From: Dehalococcoidia bacterium
GTDB lineage: Bacteria; Chloroflexota; Dehalococcoidia; SHYD01
Reading direction: 5' to 3'
Assembly: GCA_965261835.1 (NCBI GenBank)
Contig: OZ253478.1
Span: 2,617,733-2,681,732 of the forward strand
DNA length: 64,000 nt
The notes beneath the pieces were generated by a model. The model did no database searches, was not told the DNA's origin, and saw only the letters and a list, made by a program, of their open reading frames with translations. A program made the position numbers and the translations under genes. Positions 51,814 to 62,101 of the stretch are shown one piece after another; the stretch's first letter is position 1, and every line of letters begins with the position of its first letter.

Positions 51814-54063
51814 TTAGGAGACCTTGCGCTTTTTCTGTCCCAGGTAGTCCACCAGCACGTACTCGCCCAGGCTCTCCGGCGTGGAGTAGAACACCCGGCC
51901 GCGGTTGAGCTTGGCCAGCTGCCCCATGAACTCCATGAGGTAGTAGCTCTGCTCCAGCATGAACGTGTTAATAGTGATGCCTTCCTTGGTACAGCGCTTC
52001 ACCTCTCGCAGCGTCTCCTGAATGGTGCGATGGGTGGGGGGGTAGGCAAAGTACGCGTAGCCCCGCTCCAGGTGCGCCGTGGGCTCGCCGTCAGTGACCA
52101 TGATGATCTGCTTGGTGCCGCCATTATGCCTGGCCAAGAACTGGCGAGACAGCATCAGGGCGTGCTGCATATTGGTGCCGGACACGTCATAGTTCCAGGA
52201 GACCTTGGCCAGGTCATCCTGCCGGATCTCGGTGGCATAGGCCGAGAAGCCCACCACGTACAGGTTATCCCGCGGGAACTGGCCTTTAATCAAGCTTTGC
52301 AGCGCCAGCGCCACCTTCTTGGCGGCCAGAAACCGCCCGGTGTAGCCCATAGACCGGCTCTGGTCCAGCAGCAGCACCGTGGCGCACTGCGTCTGCTGCT
52401 CGGTCTGAAAGACCTCAAAGTCTTTGGGGGTGAGCTGCACCGGCACCCCGGGGCCGCTCCGCTCCAGCGCGTTCCTGACCGTGCGCTCCAAGTCAAGGAT
52501 GAACGGGTCCCCAAACTCATACGGCTTGGTGTCCAGCACGTTCTCGCCCAAGACGCCGCGCCGCTGGGTGTCGTGGCCTCCAAGGCGGTCCTTCTTGAGC
52601 TTGGTAAATATATCGCTGAGGGCCTTCTGCCCGATCTTCCGCATGCCGCGCGGCGTCAGCTCCAGCTTATCGCCCATGCGCTGCACAAATCCGGCCTCTT
52701 CCAGCTTCTTGGCCAGCTCCCGTAGGTTCTCCAGCTGCTGCGCCTCTTCCTCGCCCAGCATCTGCCGTACCTGCTCGATGTCCGCGTCCGGGATCTCATC
52801 ACCATACTGCGCCCGCTTCAGCGAGGCCTCCAGTTGCTCCATCTCCGCCATCTGCTCCATGAGCCGCATGGCCTCCTGGAGCGTGACCGGATCGTCGCCT
52901 CGGAACTGGTAGTTGGAGGGCCGCTCCATGGGGAAGAGTTGGCCCAGGTTGGCCGCCAGCTCCTGCATCTCCTCCTGGAGCCCCATCTCCGACATCATCG
53001 AGTCCGAGAGTTGCTGCAACTGTTCCCGCTGTTCCGGCGAGAGCGACTCCATGAGCGAGTCCATCTGCTGCATCCGGTCACGCAGTTGCTCCAGCAGTTC
53101 GTCCAGTGATTGCGGCGGGTTGGGGCCAAATGCGTCACCCCAGCGGTCCATAAACGCGTCGAAATTCGGTTCCCGGCCCTCCAGCTGGTCTCGCAGCATC
53201 TGGTTCAGGTCCTGCATCATCTGGCGCATGCCCGCCATCTGCTGCGGGTCGACCTGCTGCATCCCCTCCATCCCTTGTTGCAGGTTCTGGAACATCTGCT
53301 GCGCCATCTGCTGCTGCAGTTGTTCCATCAACTCGTCGTACTTCTGCTTCGCCTCTGCATCCCAGAAGTCGTACTCTTTCAGCTGGGTCAGCGCGCCCCC
53401 AAGCTGCTCTGGAAGCTGGTTGAGAAAGTCCTGCTTCTCCTGAGCCATGCGCTCCATGAACTCCATGAGGCGCTGCGCCTGCTCGGGGTCTAGGTCACCG
53501 TCCTGCTGCCCGCTCTGACCCTGCTGGCCTTGCGAAGGCGACTGCTGCCCCGACTGCGGGGTGGCCCCGCGCTGGCCCGACGCGCTCATTCCCGATGGCT
53601 GGCTGCGGTTAGGGGAAGATTGGCGGCCACTTTGCCCGTCTTGGCCGTCTTGGCCGTCTTGACCTTCCTGCTCGCCGGCGTCGCCCTCCGGCTGGCCGCT
53701 CTGATTCGGCTCGCCCTGCTGACCGTCCTGGGGATCGACCCGATCGCGAGCCTGGTTCAGCCGCCGCTGGATCCCTTCTTTTTCGAGCCGCAGGATCTCT
53801 TCGAGGGCTTCCTGGAGCTGGTCCACCGAGGAGTCGAGGTTATGCTGCTCAAGTTGCTGTTGGCGGCGTTCGCGGAGGCGTTGCATCATCTCCTGGAGGC
53901 CCATGAGGTTCTGGCCCCGCATCCCACGCTGCATTAGGCGACGCATGGCCTGCTGCAGATCCCCTCGCTCCAACACGTCGTCGGAGAGGGCCGCTAGAAT
54001 GTCCTCCGCATCCAGGTCAACGGCTTGAGTGCCGTCCCAAGTGGTATATCGGAAACGTTGCAT
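51814..54063 (-). CDS. vWA domain protein with Gln-rich coiled-coil region (Rv0959-like)
   Basis: RY..WDGTQ N-terminus; DQSRS MIDAS, GTN, TDGEPT. Confidence 0.85.
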   Translation of the reverse strand: MQRFRYTTWDGTQAVDLDAEDILAALSDDVLERGDLQQAMRRLMQRGMRGQNLMGLQEMMQRLRERRQQQLEQHNLDSSVDQLQEALEEILRLEKEGIQRRLNQARDRVDPQDGQQGEPNQSGQPEGDAGEQEGQDGQDGQDGQSGRQSSPNRSQPSGMSASGQRGATPQSGQQSPSQGQQGQSGQQDGDLDPEQAQRLMEFMERMAQEKQDFLNQLPEQLGGALTQLKEYDFWDAEAKQKYDELMEQLQQQMAQQMFQNLQQGMEGMQQVDPQQMAGMRQMMQDLNQMLRDQLEGREPNFDAFMDRWGDAFGPNPPQSLDELLEQLRDRMQQMDSLMESLSPEQREQLQQLSDSMMSEMGLQEEMQELAANLGQLFPMERPSNYQFRGDDPVTLQEAMRLMEQMAEMEQLEASLKRAQYGDEIPDADIEQVRQMLGEEEAQQLENLRELAKKLEEAGFVQRMGDKLELTPRGMRKIGQKALSDIFTKLKKDRLGGHDTQRRGVLGENVLDTKPYEFGDPFILDLERTVRNALERSGPGVPVQLTPKDFEVFQTEQQTQCATVLLLDQSRSMGYTGRFLAAKKVALALQSLIKGQFPRDNLYVVGFSAYATEIRQDDLAKVSWNYDVSGTNMQHALMLSRQFLARHNGGTKQIIMVTDGEPTAHLERGYAYFAYPPTHRTIQETLREVKRCTKEGITINTFMLEQSYYLMEFMGQLAKLNRGRVFYSTPESLGEYVLVDYLGQKKRKVS

Positions 54064-54221
54064 GGCGCTCTCCCCCCAAACTCCCCACTACCGACCGCTA
54101 CATCCTGCGTTAAATCGTTAACGTTAAGTCGTTAAATTGAAGCTTATTATAGCATTCCTAAGCACCCTCGATTGCTGGGGCAGGTAAGGGTGGGCAGAAG
54201 CGCACAAGAGCCTGCAGTCGC

Positions 54222-54668
54222 TTAAAACCCCGGCGGCGGCGTGCCGTGTATCCCCATCGCAAAAAACACCTCGCCCCGGTGATGCACCTCGTGCTCGATG
54301 ATGTGCCAGAATATCCACTGCTTGGTGCGCGGGCCGCGTCGCGTCTCAATCTGCTCCTCCAGCGCGGAGGCTTCAAGCGCACTGAGGTGGCCCAGCGTCT
54401 TCTGATGCAGCTCGTCCAGCCGGTGCAACAACCCGCTCACCGTTGCCAGCTGCGGGTCCTCGGCAGCGTCCCACACACCCATCGGCTGGTCGACCACGCG
54501 GGAGCACCAGAAATCCTCGCCCTGTCCAATATGCGCCACGTTCTCGCCGATGCTGCGCAGACCGCCGCCGGGGGTGTATGCCAAGTCGCTGTCCTGTAGC
54601 GTCTGCACCGCCTCCACCAGCAGCGTGCGGGCCTCTTCCCAGTGGGAAAACACGTCGATAGCCTTCAT
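54222..54668 (-). CDS. DinB family protein
   Basis: SIGE..AH, HEVHHRG. Confidence 0.85.
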   Translation of the reverse strand: MKAIDVFSHWEEARTLLVEAVQTLQDSDLAYTPGGGLRSIGENVAHIGQGEDFWCSRVVDQPMGVWDAAEDPQLATVSGLLHRLDELHQKTLGHLSALEASALEEQIETRRGPRTKQWIFWHIIEHEVHHRGEVFFAMGIHGTPPPGF

Positions 54669-54704
54669 AGCGCCTCCATCGCCTCCGCGACCCATAGTCC
54701 TTGG

Positions 54705-55139
54705 TTAGAACTGCCGCTTGCGAAACCGCCTGGTCTCACGTTCCGGCTTCGTTTGCGGCGCCTTGGACAGCACGTAATGGTAGCTCTCCCGCACTAGCTC
54801 CAGCGTCGCGGCCCGCTCCGGCCACTGACCGGGGCGGAGCGCCACCCACTCGCCAAAGGTTGCGCCGCCATGAGGGGTGAAAAGCTCCACGCTGCCGCTC
54901 TGCAACAGCGGCCCCCGCACCGCCGCGGGCAGCTTGAGCGCCAATCCCATGTTGCCCACTATAGCGAACATCTTACCGCCCGCCATGTAGACGTTGCACC
55001 CAAACATGAACCGGCGGTCTATGGGCCCCCACTGCTTAACGGCCTCCTCCAGCCAGGAAGTGGCGTTGTCTTGTTCCATCAACGCTTCATCCAACGCTGC
55101 ATCATCCATCACCATCGGATCCATCGGCCAATGCTCCAC
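54705..55139 (-). CDS. TfoX N-terminal / MmcQ-like protein
   Basis: MFG...Y..GKMFA, LKLP, EWV. Confidence 0.7.
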   Translation of the reverse strand: MEHWPMDPMVMDDAALDEALMEQDNATSWLEEAVKQWGPIDRRFMFGCNVYMAGGKMFAIVGNMGLALKLPAAVRGPLLQSGSVELFTPHGGATFGEWVALRPGQWPERAATLELVRESYHYVLSKAPQTKPERETRRFRKRQF

Positions 55140-55227
55140 GGCTGGCTTACACCGCAGCGCCGTCTATTGCGCCGTCAGTATAAGTAGTCAACCACCCTGT
55201 GTCCACAAACGCACTTGTTCAGTACCA

Positions 55228-55431
55228 GCGAAGCAATCTGAGGCGGCGGCGTGGGGCGCCTGGGGAGGCGGAGGCCAGGGGCACTGGGGGAGTCCAGAGG
55301 GGCACAGCCCCTTTGGCAGGAGTCTGAGGGTGTCCCTCAGACCTTCTTTCTATTGCCCCCTTCCTACCAGGAAGCGGGCCAGGGGGATGGTCCCTCCCCA
55401 GATTGCCACGTCGCAGGCTCCTCGCAATGAC
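55228..55431. repeat. REP/RPE-like element with a nested insertion
   Basis: GCGAAGCAATCT...AGATTGCCAC...CTCGCAATGAC surrounding a separate hairpin-rich insert at about 55286-55392. Confidence 0.65.
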
Positions 55432-55490
55432 GGAAATAGAAAGCGGGAGCGCCTCGCGACGCTCCCGCAGCCATTGGCTTCGAGCCCCTG

Positions 55491-56600
55491 TTAGCTGGTC
55501 CGCACCGCGAACGTGTAGTCCGGGTCCGTGTACGCCTCTTCCGGGATCAGCGACGTAAGCCCCCGCTTGGTCAGTTCATCTGAGAACCGCTGCCGGATCA
55601 ACTGCTCCTCTTCCGTGTACTCGATCTGATCGGCAACCGGGTCCTCCAGCTTCTCGCCCTGGCCCTGGAACTTCTCCGGTGGGTGAATGGCCAGGTAGCG
55701 GTCGAAATGCTCGCTCACGTTGAAGTGCTGGTGGAACCACCGCCTTGGCGGTACAAAGCACGAACCTTCGTGCCACGGGATGACGATCTTCTCACCGTTC
55801 TGCGGCCACATGATGGAGTAACCTTCTCCGGCGGGGATCACAATGATGTACCCGGGCCCGTGGCGGTGCGCCTTCTTATAGGTACGGGACGGGAACACGG
55901 ACATGTGCGCGGTCACCGGCGAGCCGGGGAACTCGATCATGACCGCTCGGCCGCCCGCGCCCCGAAACGCCATGGTGTCCAGCTTGTCCCACGCCCGCAG
56001 GTCCGGGAAGAAGTTGCCCAACCAGTGGCTCGCCGTGGACGCGTTCGGGCCCGATGAGTGCGCCACCGCCTCCGAGTAGAACTCGCCGGTGAGGCGGTCC
56101 TCCATTAGCGGATGGTTGAAGAAGAACTCCGGCTCCGGCAACACGGACATCGCCAGCGGCAGGTAGTTCGAGACCAGCACCCGCGCCGCCTGATTGCCCT
56201 GGGTGTTGCTGAGCTGGTAGGTGTGGTTCGCCGGCACCAGGAACAGGCTGTGCGTGTCCCACTCAAAGGTCCGGGATGGACCGTTCTCGTCCGCACGCAG
56301 GGTGGTGATGCCGCGGCCCGCTAGCACGTAGATGCAGTCGTCCACCGCAACCTGGAAGGGCTTGGTGGTCTTGCCGGGCGGGATCTCCAGCACGTAGGCG
56401 CCGGTCACGCCCTCCTGACCCACCAGATCAATGAATGCGGTGTCGCACTCCCGCTGATCCCACGGCCCCACTTTAATAGTACGCAGGTCCTCGATGAAGT
56501 AATCCCGGTAGATCGGGGCGCCCGTAGCCTCGATCCACGCGTTGTACGGCGATTTTACGGCAAATCCGGTTTGCCTGCTGGGCGGTGAAGTCATAACCAT
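55491..56600 (-). CDS. Bicupin protein; paralogue of 20589-21689
   Basis: TYKKAHRHGPG, WFHQHFN, QIEY..E. Confidence 0.8.
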   Translation of the reverse strand: MVMTSPPSRQTGFAVKSPYNAWIEATGAPIYRDYFIEDLRTIKVGPWDQRECDTAFIDLVGQEGVTGAYVLEIPPGKTTKPFQVAVDDCIYVLAGRGITTLRADENGPSRTFEWDTHSLFLVPANHTYQLSNTQGNQAARVLVSNYLPLAMSVLPEPEFFFNHPLMEDRLTGEFYSEAVAHSSGPNASTASHWLGNFFPDLRAWDKLDTMAFRGAGGRAVMIEFPGSPVTAHMSVFPSRTYKKAHRHGPGYIIVIPAGEGYSIMWPQNGEKIVIPWHEGSCFVPPRRWFHQHFNVSEHFDRYLAIHPPEKFQGQGEKLEDPVADQIEYTEEEQLIRQRFSDELTKRGLTSLIPEEAYTDPDYTFAVRTS

Positions 56601-56827
56601 AATGCAACTCCTTTGATAGAAATCCAGAAAGCCCGTGACAATCTCTTAGACAGCTATTGACACGCGGAATTCTATAGGAATTCAACCTATCGTGCAAGGC
56701 TATCGTGCAAGGAGCGCTGCTCAGTAAACGCTCTCAGCACATGATACAATCCGCTGCAATCGAAATGCCCGCTATTTCCCCGCGATCCGTGCAGTCCGAA
56801 TATGGAAATATGGAAGGGAGCAAGGTC

Positions 56828-57958
56828 ATGCAGCGCAGCACCCACCGTATCCTCACCACCCACGCCGGCAACCTGCGGTGGTGGAACGTCCACACTGCCG
56901 ACCTCGACACGGATCCCGGTCAGGTCGAGCGTTACGTTGCCGACTCCGTGCAGCAACAGCGCGCTGCCGGCATCGACGTGGTTAGCGACGGCGAGATCGC
57001 CAAACCCAGCTCCGGAGAATACACCTCCAGACGCCTGACCAACGTAGTCGTCCGGGCCCTCAAACCCGGCGAGACCTACTCCACCAGCGGCAGGACCAAT
57101 GACCGTCTGGCCTTCCCCGACTTTTACAGCCAGACGAGCAACTACTTTGCGTACTATCCACCGCAGATCTGGACGCAGAAAGCGGTCTGCAGCGGCCCGC
57201 TCGCCTACATCGGGCAGGCGGCCATCCAGCAGGAGATCGACCTCTTTACCCAAGCCCTAGGCGAAGACCGGCAGGCCGACGCCTTCATGTGCGTCCAATC
57301 CCCCTCCTGGATCCAGCACCGCCTCTGGAACGAGTACTACGACACCCAAGCAGGCTTCCTCTACGCTCTTGCCGATGCGATGAAAGACGAGTTCGAGGCC
57401 ATTGCGCGGGCGGGCTTCCTGCTCCAGATCGACGACCCGGCCCTGGTCAGCAACTACAACGAAACGATCCCCCCGCCGGACATTGCCGAGTACCGTAAGG
57501 GTGCGGCCGCACGCGTGGAGCTGCTGAACCATGCCCTGGCCGACATCCCGGAAGATCGCATCCGCTACCACGTTTGTTGGGGCAGCTGGCACGGCCCCCA
57601 CACCTTCGACCTGCCGCTCAAGGAGATCGTAGACATTATCCTCACCGTCCGCGCCGGCGCCTACATGGTGGAGGCGGGCAACGTGCGCCACGAGATGGAC
57701 TGGAAGGTGTGGCAGGACGTGAAGCTGTCCGACAACAAGGTCCTGGGCCCTGGCGTAGTGAGCCACGCCACCAACGTGGTGGAGACCCCGGAGCTGGTGG
57801 CCTACCGCATCCGCCAGTACGCCGACCTCGTGGGCCGGGAGCGGGTCATTGCTGCCACGGACTGCGGCATGGGCGACCGCTCCCACCCCGAGATCGCCTG
57901 GGCCAAGCTCCGGGTGCTGGCCGAGGGCGCACGTTTAGCCACCACCCAGCTCTGGTAG
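56828..57958 (+). CDS. Cobalamin-independent methionine synthase II family protein
   Basis: ILTTHAG, DGE, LQIDDP, HVCWG, TDCG zinc ligands. Confidence 0.85.
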   Translation: MQRSTHRILTTHAGNLRWWNVHTADLDTDPGQVERYVADSVQQQRAAGIDVVSDGEIAKPSSGEYTSRRLTNVVVRALKPGETYSTSGRTNDRLAFPDFYSQTSNYFAYYPPQIWTQKAVCSGPLAYIGQAAIQQEIDLFTQALGEDRQADAFMCVQSPSWIQHRLWNEYYDTQAGFLYALADAMKDEFEAIARAGFLLQIDDPALVSNYNETIPPPDIAEYRKGAAARVELLNHALADIPEDRIRYHVCWGSWHGPHTFDLPLKEIVDIILTVRAGAYMVEAGNVRHEMDWKVWQDVKLSDNKVLGPGVVSHATNVVETPELVAYRIRQYADLVGRERVIAATDCGMGDRSHPEIAWAKLRVLAEGARLATTQLW

Positions 57959-57981
57959 CGCTGACCACGCGCACGCAGCAC

Positions 57982-58016
57982 GCAATGGGGGCAGGCGTAA
58001 CGCCTGCCCCCATTGC
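57982..58016. terminator. Perfect hairpin between convergent genes
   Basis: GCAATGGGGGCAGGCG-TAA-CGCCTGCCCCCATTGC. Confidence 0.75.
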
Positions 58017-58033
58017 CCATAGATCGCTTGGAG

Positions 58034-59281
58034 CTACTGGATCAGCTTCAAGATCATCTGACCCGTCACGCCCATCTGATCATCATTTATGTGGTTGCCG
58101 CTGAGCCACGTGTACTTCCGTCCCGGCTTCGGCTTACTGACCTCGTCCGCCACCGGCACATCGGTACGCCGGCTGTTCTCCCGGGTGGCGTTCTGGAAGG
58201 AGAGTTGCCCTTCCTTGCTGAGGAACCAGTTTGCATACAGCTTGGCCGCGGCGGGGTGCTGCGCGCCCTTCAGCGAGAACATTTGGTGCGACATATTCTG
58301 GCTCGCCGCCTCTGGGATGTCGATGGTCTTAAGATTTGTACCCAGGCCTTCCTTCTTGAACTCCTCGAGCACAGGAATGAGTACTCCGGTGGCAATGGCG
58401 TATTGGCCCCGCACCATGGCCTCTGTGATTTGGCGGTTGTCCCGGCTGAACGCCGGCTCCATATCCACAAACACCTTCTTAAGGATCTCATCACCTTGGC
58501 TGAGACGCAGTGCGGTGGCCGGGGCCGACGTGTACCCGGAACGGGGGTCGGTGAAGAAGATCTTCCCCTTCCACTTGGGGTTTATCACGTCGTAGATGCT
58601 CTTGATCTCCCCTTCCTTCACTAGGTCCGTGTTGATCCAGAACAGCTGTGGCACGTTCATCCCGAAGCCGTAGCCGTACTCCTTACCGGGATCGACCCAA
58701 CCAAACTCATAGCCCTCGGTCCAATTGCTGTCCCCGGTGATATCCGGTCGGAAGATTTCTCCCTTCATCGGTCGCAGCGCGCCATCATTGAGGAGCGTTT
58801 CAGCAAAGCGGATCGACGTGAAGATGAGGTCGTAGGAGTAGATGCCGGCTTGATGCTCCTGCAGCAGCTTCGGGACTAGCAGGCTTCCCGAGTTCTCCGA
58901 AGAGATCTCGACCTTCACGCCAAACTCATCCGAGAATTCTTCGCCAATAGGCTGGTAGCTTCCGCCGGAGCTCCGGATCCAGTTGATAGTCAGCAGCCCT
59001 TCCTTCTTGGCGGCCGGTATCAGTGCGTCCCAATCCTGCTCCCACTGCGGTTTAGCCGGTGCCGCGGGCGCCGCCGTTGCGGCCGGAGCAGGTGCGGCCG
59101 GAGCAGGTGCGGGCGCCGCAGGAGCCGCAGGCTGCGCGGGAGCTGCCGGGGCTGCGGGAGCCGGTGCCGGAGCTGGCGCCGCCGCAGGCGCGCACGCCGC
59201 CGCCAGTGCGGCCGCGCCAGTCAAACCGCCGACTCTAAGAAACGTACGGCGAGACTTGTAGAAATCACTGGAGTCGCGCAT
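58034..59281 (-). CDS. ABC transporter substrate-binding lipoprotein with Tat signal (Fe/thiamine-like class)
   Basis: SRRTFL, LAAAC lipobox, Ala/Pro linker, AKKEG, PKWKGK, HPAAAKL..NW.LS.EGQ. Confidence 0.85.
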   Translation of the reverse strand: MRDSSDFYKSRRTFLRVGGLTGAAALAAACAPAAAPAPAPAPAAPAAPAQPAAPAAPAPAPAAPAPAATAAPAAPAKPQWEQDWDALIPAAKKEGLLTINWIRSSGGSYQPIGEEFSDEFGVKVEISSENSGSLLVPKLLQEHQAGIYSYDLIFTSIRFAETLLNDGALRPMKGEIFRPDITGDSNWTEGYEFGWVDPGKEYGYGFGMNVPQLFWINTDLVKEGEIKSIYDVINPKWKGKIFFTDPRSGYTSAPATALRLSQGDEILKKVFVDMEPAFSRDNRQITEAMVRGQYAIATGVLIPVLEEFKKEGLGTNLKTIDIPEAASQNMSHQMFSLKGAQHPAAAKLYANWFLSKEGQLSFQNATRENSRRTDVPVADEVSKPKPGRKYTWLSGNHINDDQMGVTGQMILKLIQ

Positions 59282-59513
59282 AGCCTTTGCCTCCTCGATC
59301 TAACTATAGGAGCTATCACATTATCTGTCAGATTATGTCGAACAGATTAGGAGAAAGTACATCTACCGTCACCGGCTGTCAACAAGCCCCGCAATAGCAT
59401 GCCTGCAATCAAGCGCGCAAGCGCGAACCAAGCAAATCGATGCCTCACCATAATTGACACCGCTCAAGCAAGCTCCTATGCTGCCGTCGAAGCACCTTTG
59501 TGGAGTGACAGTT

Positions 59514-59912
59514 ATGGCAGATTGTGTCCTCATCAAACCTCATCAGCGCAGCCAGAGCACCGCGCAGACCCCCAACATGATCCGCCAGGCCGGCCTTGCC
59601 CCGGAGTTGGTGGGCAACCACGGGCTCTGGATGGGCTTCGTGTCTACTCCACCTGCCCTGGCCTCCGGCGCGCACCACCACGGCGACGCTGAGAGCGGCA
59701 TCTACATCTTGCGGGGCGCCATCAAGTTCTACTTTGGCGACATGCTGGAGAAGGACGTTGTGGCGGAGGAGGGCGATTTTCTCTACGTGCCGCCCTTGAC
59801 CGTCCACGTGGAAGAGAACCTCAGCGCCATCGAGCCGGTGGAGTTCATCGTCGCCCGCAACGGCACCGAGGCGCTGGTAGTCAACGTCCTCGACCCCCGG
59901 GAAAAGCGCTGA
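59514..59912 (+). CDS. Cupin domain protein
   Basis: SGAHHHG.AE, GDFLYVPP..VHVE.N. Confidence 0.85.
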   Translation: MADCVLIKPHQRSQSTAQTPNMIRQAGLAPELVGNHGLWMGFVSTPPALASGAHHHGDAESGIYILRGAIKFYFGDMLEKDVVAEEGDFLYVPPLTVHVEENLSAIEPVEFIVARNGTEALVVNVLDPREKR

Positions 59913-59956
59913 GCACGCGGTAAATAGACCGCAGATTGAAAGGGATCCCCTAAGCG

Positions 59957-60421
59957 ATGGCCAACTACTGGCTACTCAAGTCCGAGCCCAACACCTACTC
60001 GTTTGACGATCTGGTCCGTGATGGCCGCACCGAGTGGGACGGCGTGCGCAACTTCCAGGCCCGCAACTACCTGCGCGACCAGATGCAGGAGGGCGATGGC
60101 GTGCTGTTCTACTACAGCAGCACCAAGCCCCAGGCCGTGGTAGGCACCGCCACAGTAGTGAAGGCAGGCTACGCCGACGACACCGCGTGGGACCCCAACT
60201 CAGGCCACTTCGACCCCAAGAGCACTCCGGAAAAACCCATCTGGTACATGGTAGACATTGCTCCCGACCAGAAGTTCAAGCGGCCCATCACTTTGGAAGA
60301 AGCTAAGGCTCACCCCGTGCTAGCCAACATGACGCTCGTCAAGTCCGGCCGGCTTTCGGTGCAGCCGGTGACCGCCCAGGAGTGGGACATCATCCTCCAG
60401 CTAGGTATGGAAGGGGCGTAA
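59957..60421 (+). CDS. EVE domain protein
   Basis: YWLLKSEP, WDGVRNFQARN, RLSVQPV. Confidence 0.93.
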   Translation: MANYWLLKSEPNTYSFDDLVRDGRTEWDGVRNFQARNYLRDQMQEGDGVLFYYSSTKPQAVVGTATVVKAGYADDTAWDPNSGHFDPKSTPEKPIWYMVDIAPDQKFKRPITLEEAKAHPVLANMTLVKSGRLSVQPVTAQEWDIILQLGMEGA

Positions 60422-60437
60422 CGCGCGCCTCCTCGCC

Positions 60438-61202
60438 TTACGCTCCCGGCTTCTCCGCCACCAGGATCATCCGCCGCGACTCCGGTGCATACGCCGTCCC
60501 ATCGAAGTCGCCATAGGCCGCCCGAAATACCAGCCCCGCGCGCGCCAGCAACGCGATCATCTCGGTGAGCGCGTACACCCGCACTTCAAAGCTCGGCAGC
60601 GCCTCCACCGCCCCGTCCGGCGAGACCACCGCGAACTCGGTGCGGATCGTGCCCCGCGCCAGATCCAGCGTCCGCTCCTCCAGGTAGCGAACCCCCGCCT
60701 CGTCTTGACGCCAGTCGCGCGCCACATAGTGCGCGATCACCCACTCCCGATTGATGGTGTCCAGCAGGAGTCGTCCGCCCGGGCGCAGCGCTCGTTGCAC
60801 GGCCGTCAGCACCGTCAGGTCTTCTTCCACCGTCGGGAAGTACCCGAACGCCGAGAAGATGTTGATCACCGCATCAAACCGCCCGCTGAAGGGGATGTCC
60901 CGCATGTCCGCCTGCACCGTATCTAGCGGTACGCCCGCGGCGGCCGCGTTGCGACTGGCCTCCTCCAACGATGCGTGGTGCAGGTCCTGTCCCGTCACCC
61001 GCACGCCGGCCACTGCCAGCGGCACAGCGTGCCGCCCATGGCCGCAGCACAGGTCCAGCAACTCCTGCCCGGGTTGCAGCGCCAGCGCATCCCGGATGAA
61101 TGTTACTTCCCGCGCCGTCCGCTCCGGCGTCAGCGTGTGGCCGAACAGCCTGCGATAGGGGCCGTCGAAAAAGCGCTCATACCACGGCGGCGGATTAGTC
61201 AT
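60438..61202 (-). CDS. Class I SAM-dependent methyltransferase
   Basis: LDLCCGHGRH, DMR, FSAFGYF. Confidence 0.88.
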   Translation of the reverse strand: MTNPPPWYERFFDGPYRRLFGHTLTPERTAREVTFIRDALALQPGQELLDLCCGHGRHAVPLAVAGVRVTGQDLHHASLEEASRNAAAAGVPLDTVQADMRDIPFSGRFDAVINIFSAFGYFPTVEEDLTVLTAVQRALRPGGRLLLDTINREWVIAHYVARDWRQDEAGVRYLEERTLDLARGTIRTEFAVVSPDGAVEALPSFEVRVYALTEMIALLARAGLVFRAAYGDFDGTAYAPESRRMILVAEKPGA

Positions 61203-61327
61203 CTGTCATTCCGTATCATTCCGCAGCGCATGGTTTGCTCTCCCCCTCAACGTTTGTCCCTGCCTGCGCCGCGCCCTTATAATAGCAGCGCTTGCTAGCA
61301 AATTTGGAGCTTTGCCGGAATGCACTC

Positions 61328-62089
61328 GTGATTGACCTTGCCGGTCGCGGCGCGCTAATCGTCGGTACCCGGCGCGTAGGCGCAACGGTAGTCCAGCGGC
61401 TTGCTGCCGAGGGTGTAGCCCTCGCCATCGGCTACCGCTCCTCCCGGGACGAGGCAGAGGCCCAGGCGCACGCGGTGATCGCCAAGGGGGGCCGCGCCCT
61501 CACCGTCCCGATCGACACCGCGCAGGAGGCCAGTGTGGCCGAAGCGGTGCGCGGCGCCGGCGCCGCCCTCGGCGGCCTCGCCTTCGTGATCAACTTGGCT
61601 TCGGGGTTCGAACGCGCTCCCCTGGAGGCGCTGGACGGCGCGGCGTGGGACCGTGCCATGGCCGACGCCAAGGGCGCGTACCTCCTCACTCTACACGCCA
61701 CTCGCCTACTTCAGGCCAACCCCGGCTCCACCCGCGGTCACATCATCCACACCACGGACTGGGCTGCCGGCGCCACACCCTATCGTCACTACCTGCCCTA
61801 CCTAACATCAAAGGCTGCCGTAGACTTCATGGTGCGGGCTTTCGCGGTGGAGCTGGCCCCCCACCGTATCCTGGTCAACGCCATCGCCCCGGGGCCAACC
61901 ATGCGCCCTCCAGACTACAATGAGACCGCATGGCAGGAACGGATTGTGGGCCAGACGCCCCTGCGGCGCGAGTCCTCGCCCGACGACATAGCCGAGCTGA
62001 TCATTACCCTGTTGAAGAGCGAGACCATAACCGGTGAGACCATTCGGGTGGACGCCGGGCGGCACCTAGCAGGCCCCATGGAAGGATAA
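61328..62089 (+). CDS. Pteridine reductase-like SDR (FolM/PTR1-like)
   Basis: GTRRVG, NLAS.F, TTD, YLTSK, ELAP.I.VN.IAPG. Confidence 0.75.
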   Translation: MIDLAGRGALIVGTRRVGATVVQRLAAEGVALAIGYRSSRDEAEAQAHAVIAKGGRALTVPIDTAQEASVAEAVRGAGAALGGLAFVINLASGFERAPLEALDGAAWDRAMADAKGAYLLTLHATRLLQANPGSTRGHIIHTTDWAAGATPYRHYLPYLTSKAAVDFMVRAFAVELAPHRILVNAIAPGPTMRPPDYNETAWQERIVGQTPLRRESSPDDIAELIITLLKSETITGETIRVDAGRHLAGPMEG

Positions 62090-62101
62090 GGTTAGAGCGC
62101 A

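Noticed and set aside
53500-53730. Short repeats (GGCCGTCTT)
   Set aside because: Encode the Gln/Gly-rich low-complexity linker of the vWA protein.
59055-59215. Repetitive GC-rich tract
   Set aside because: Encodes the Ala/Pro linker of the lipoprotein, which is a common feature.
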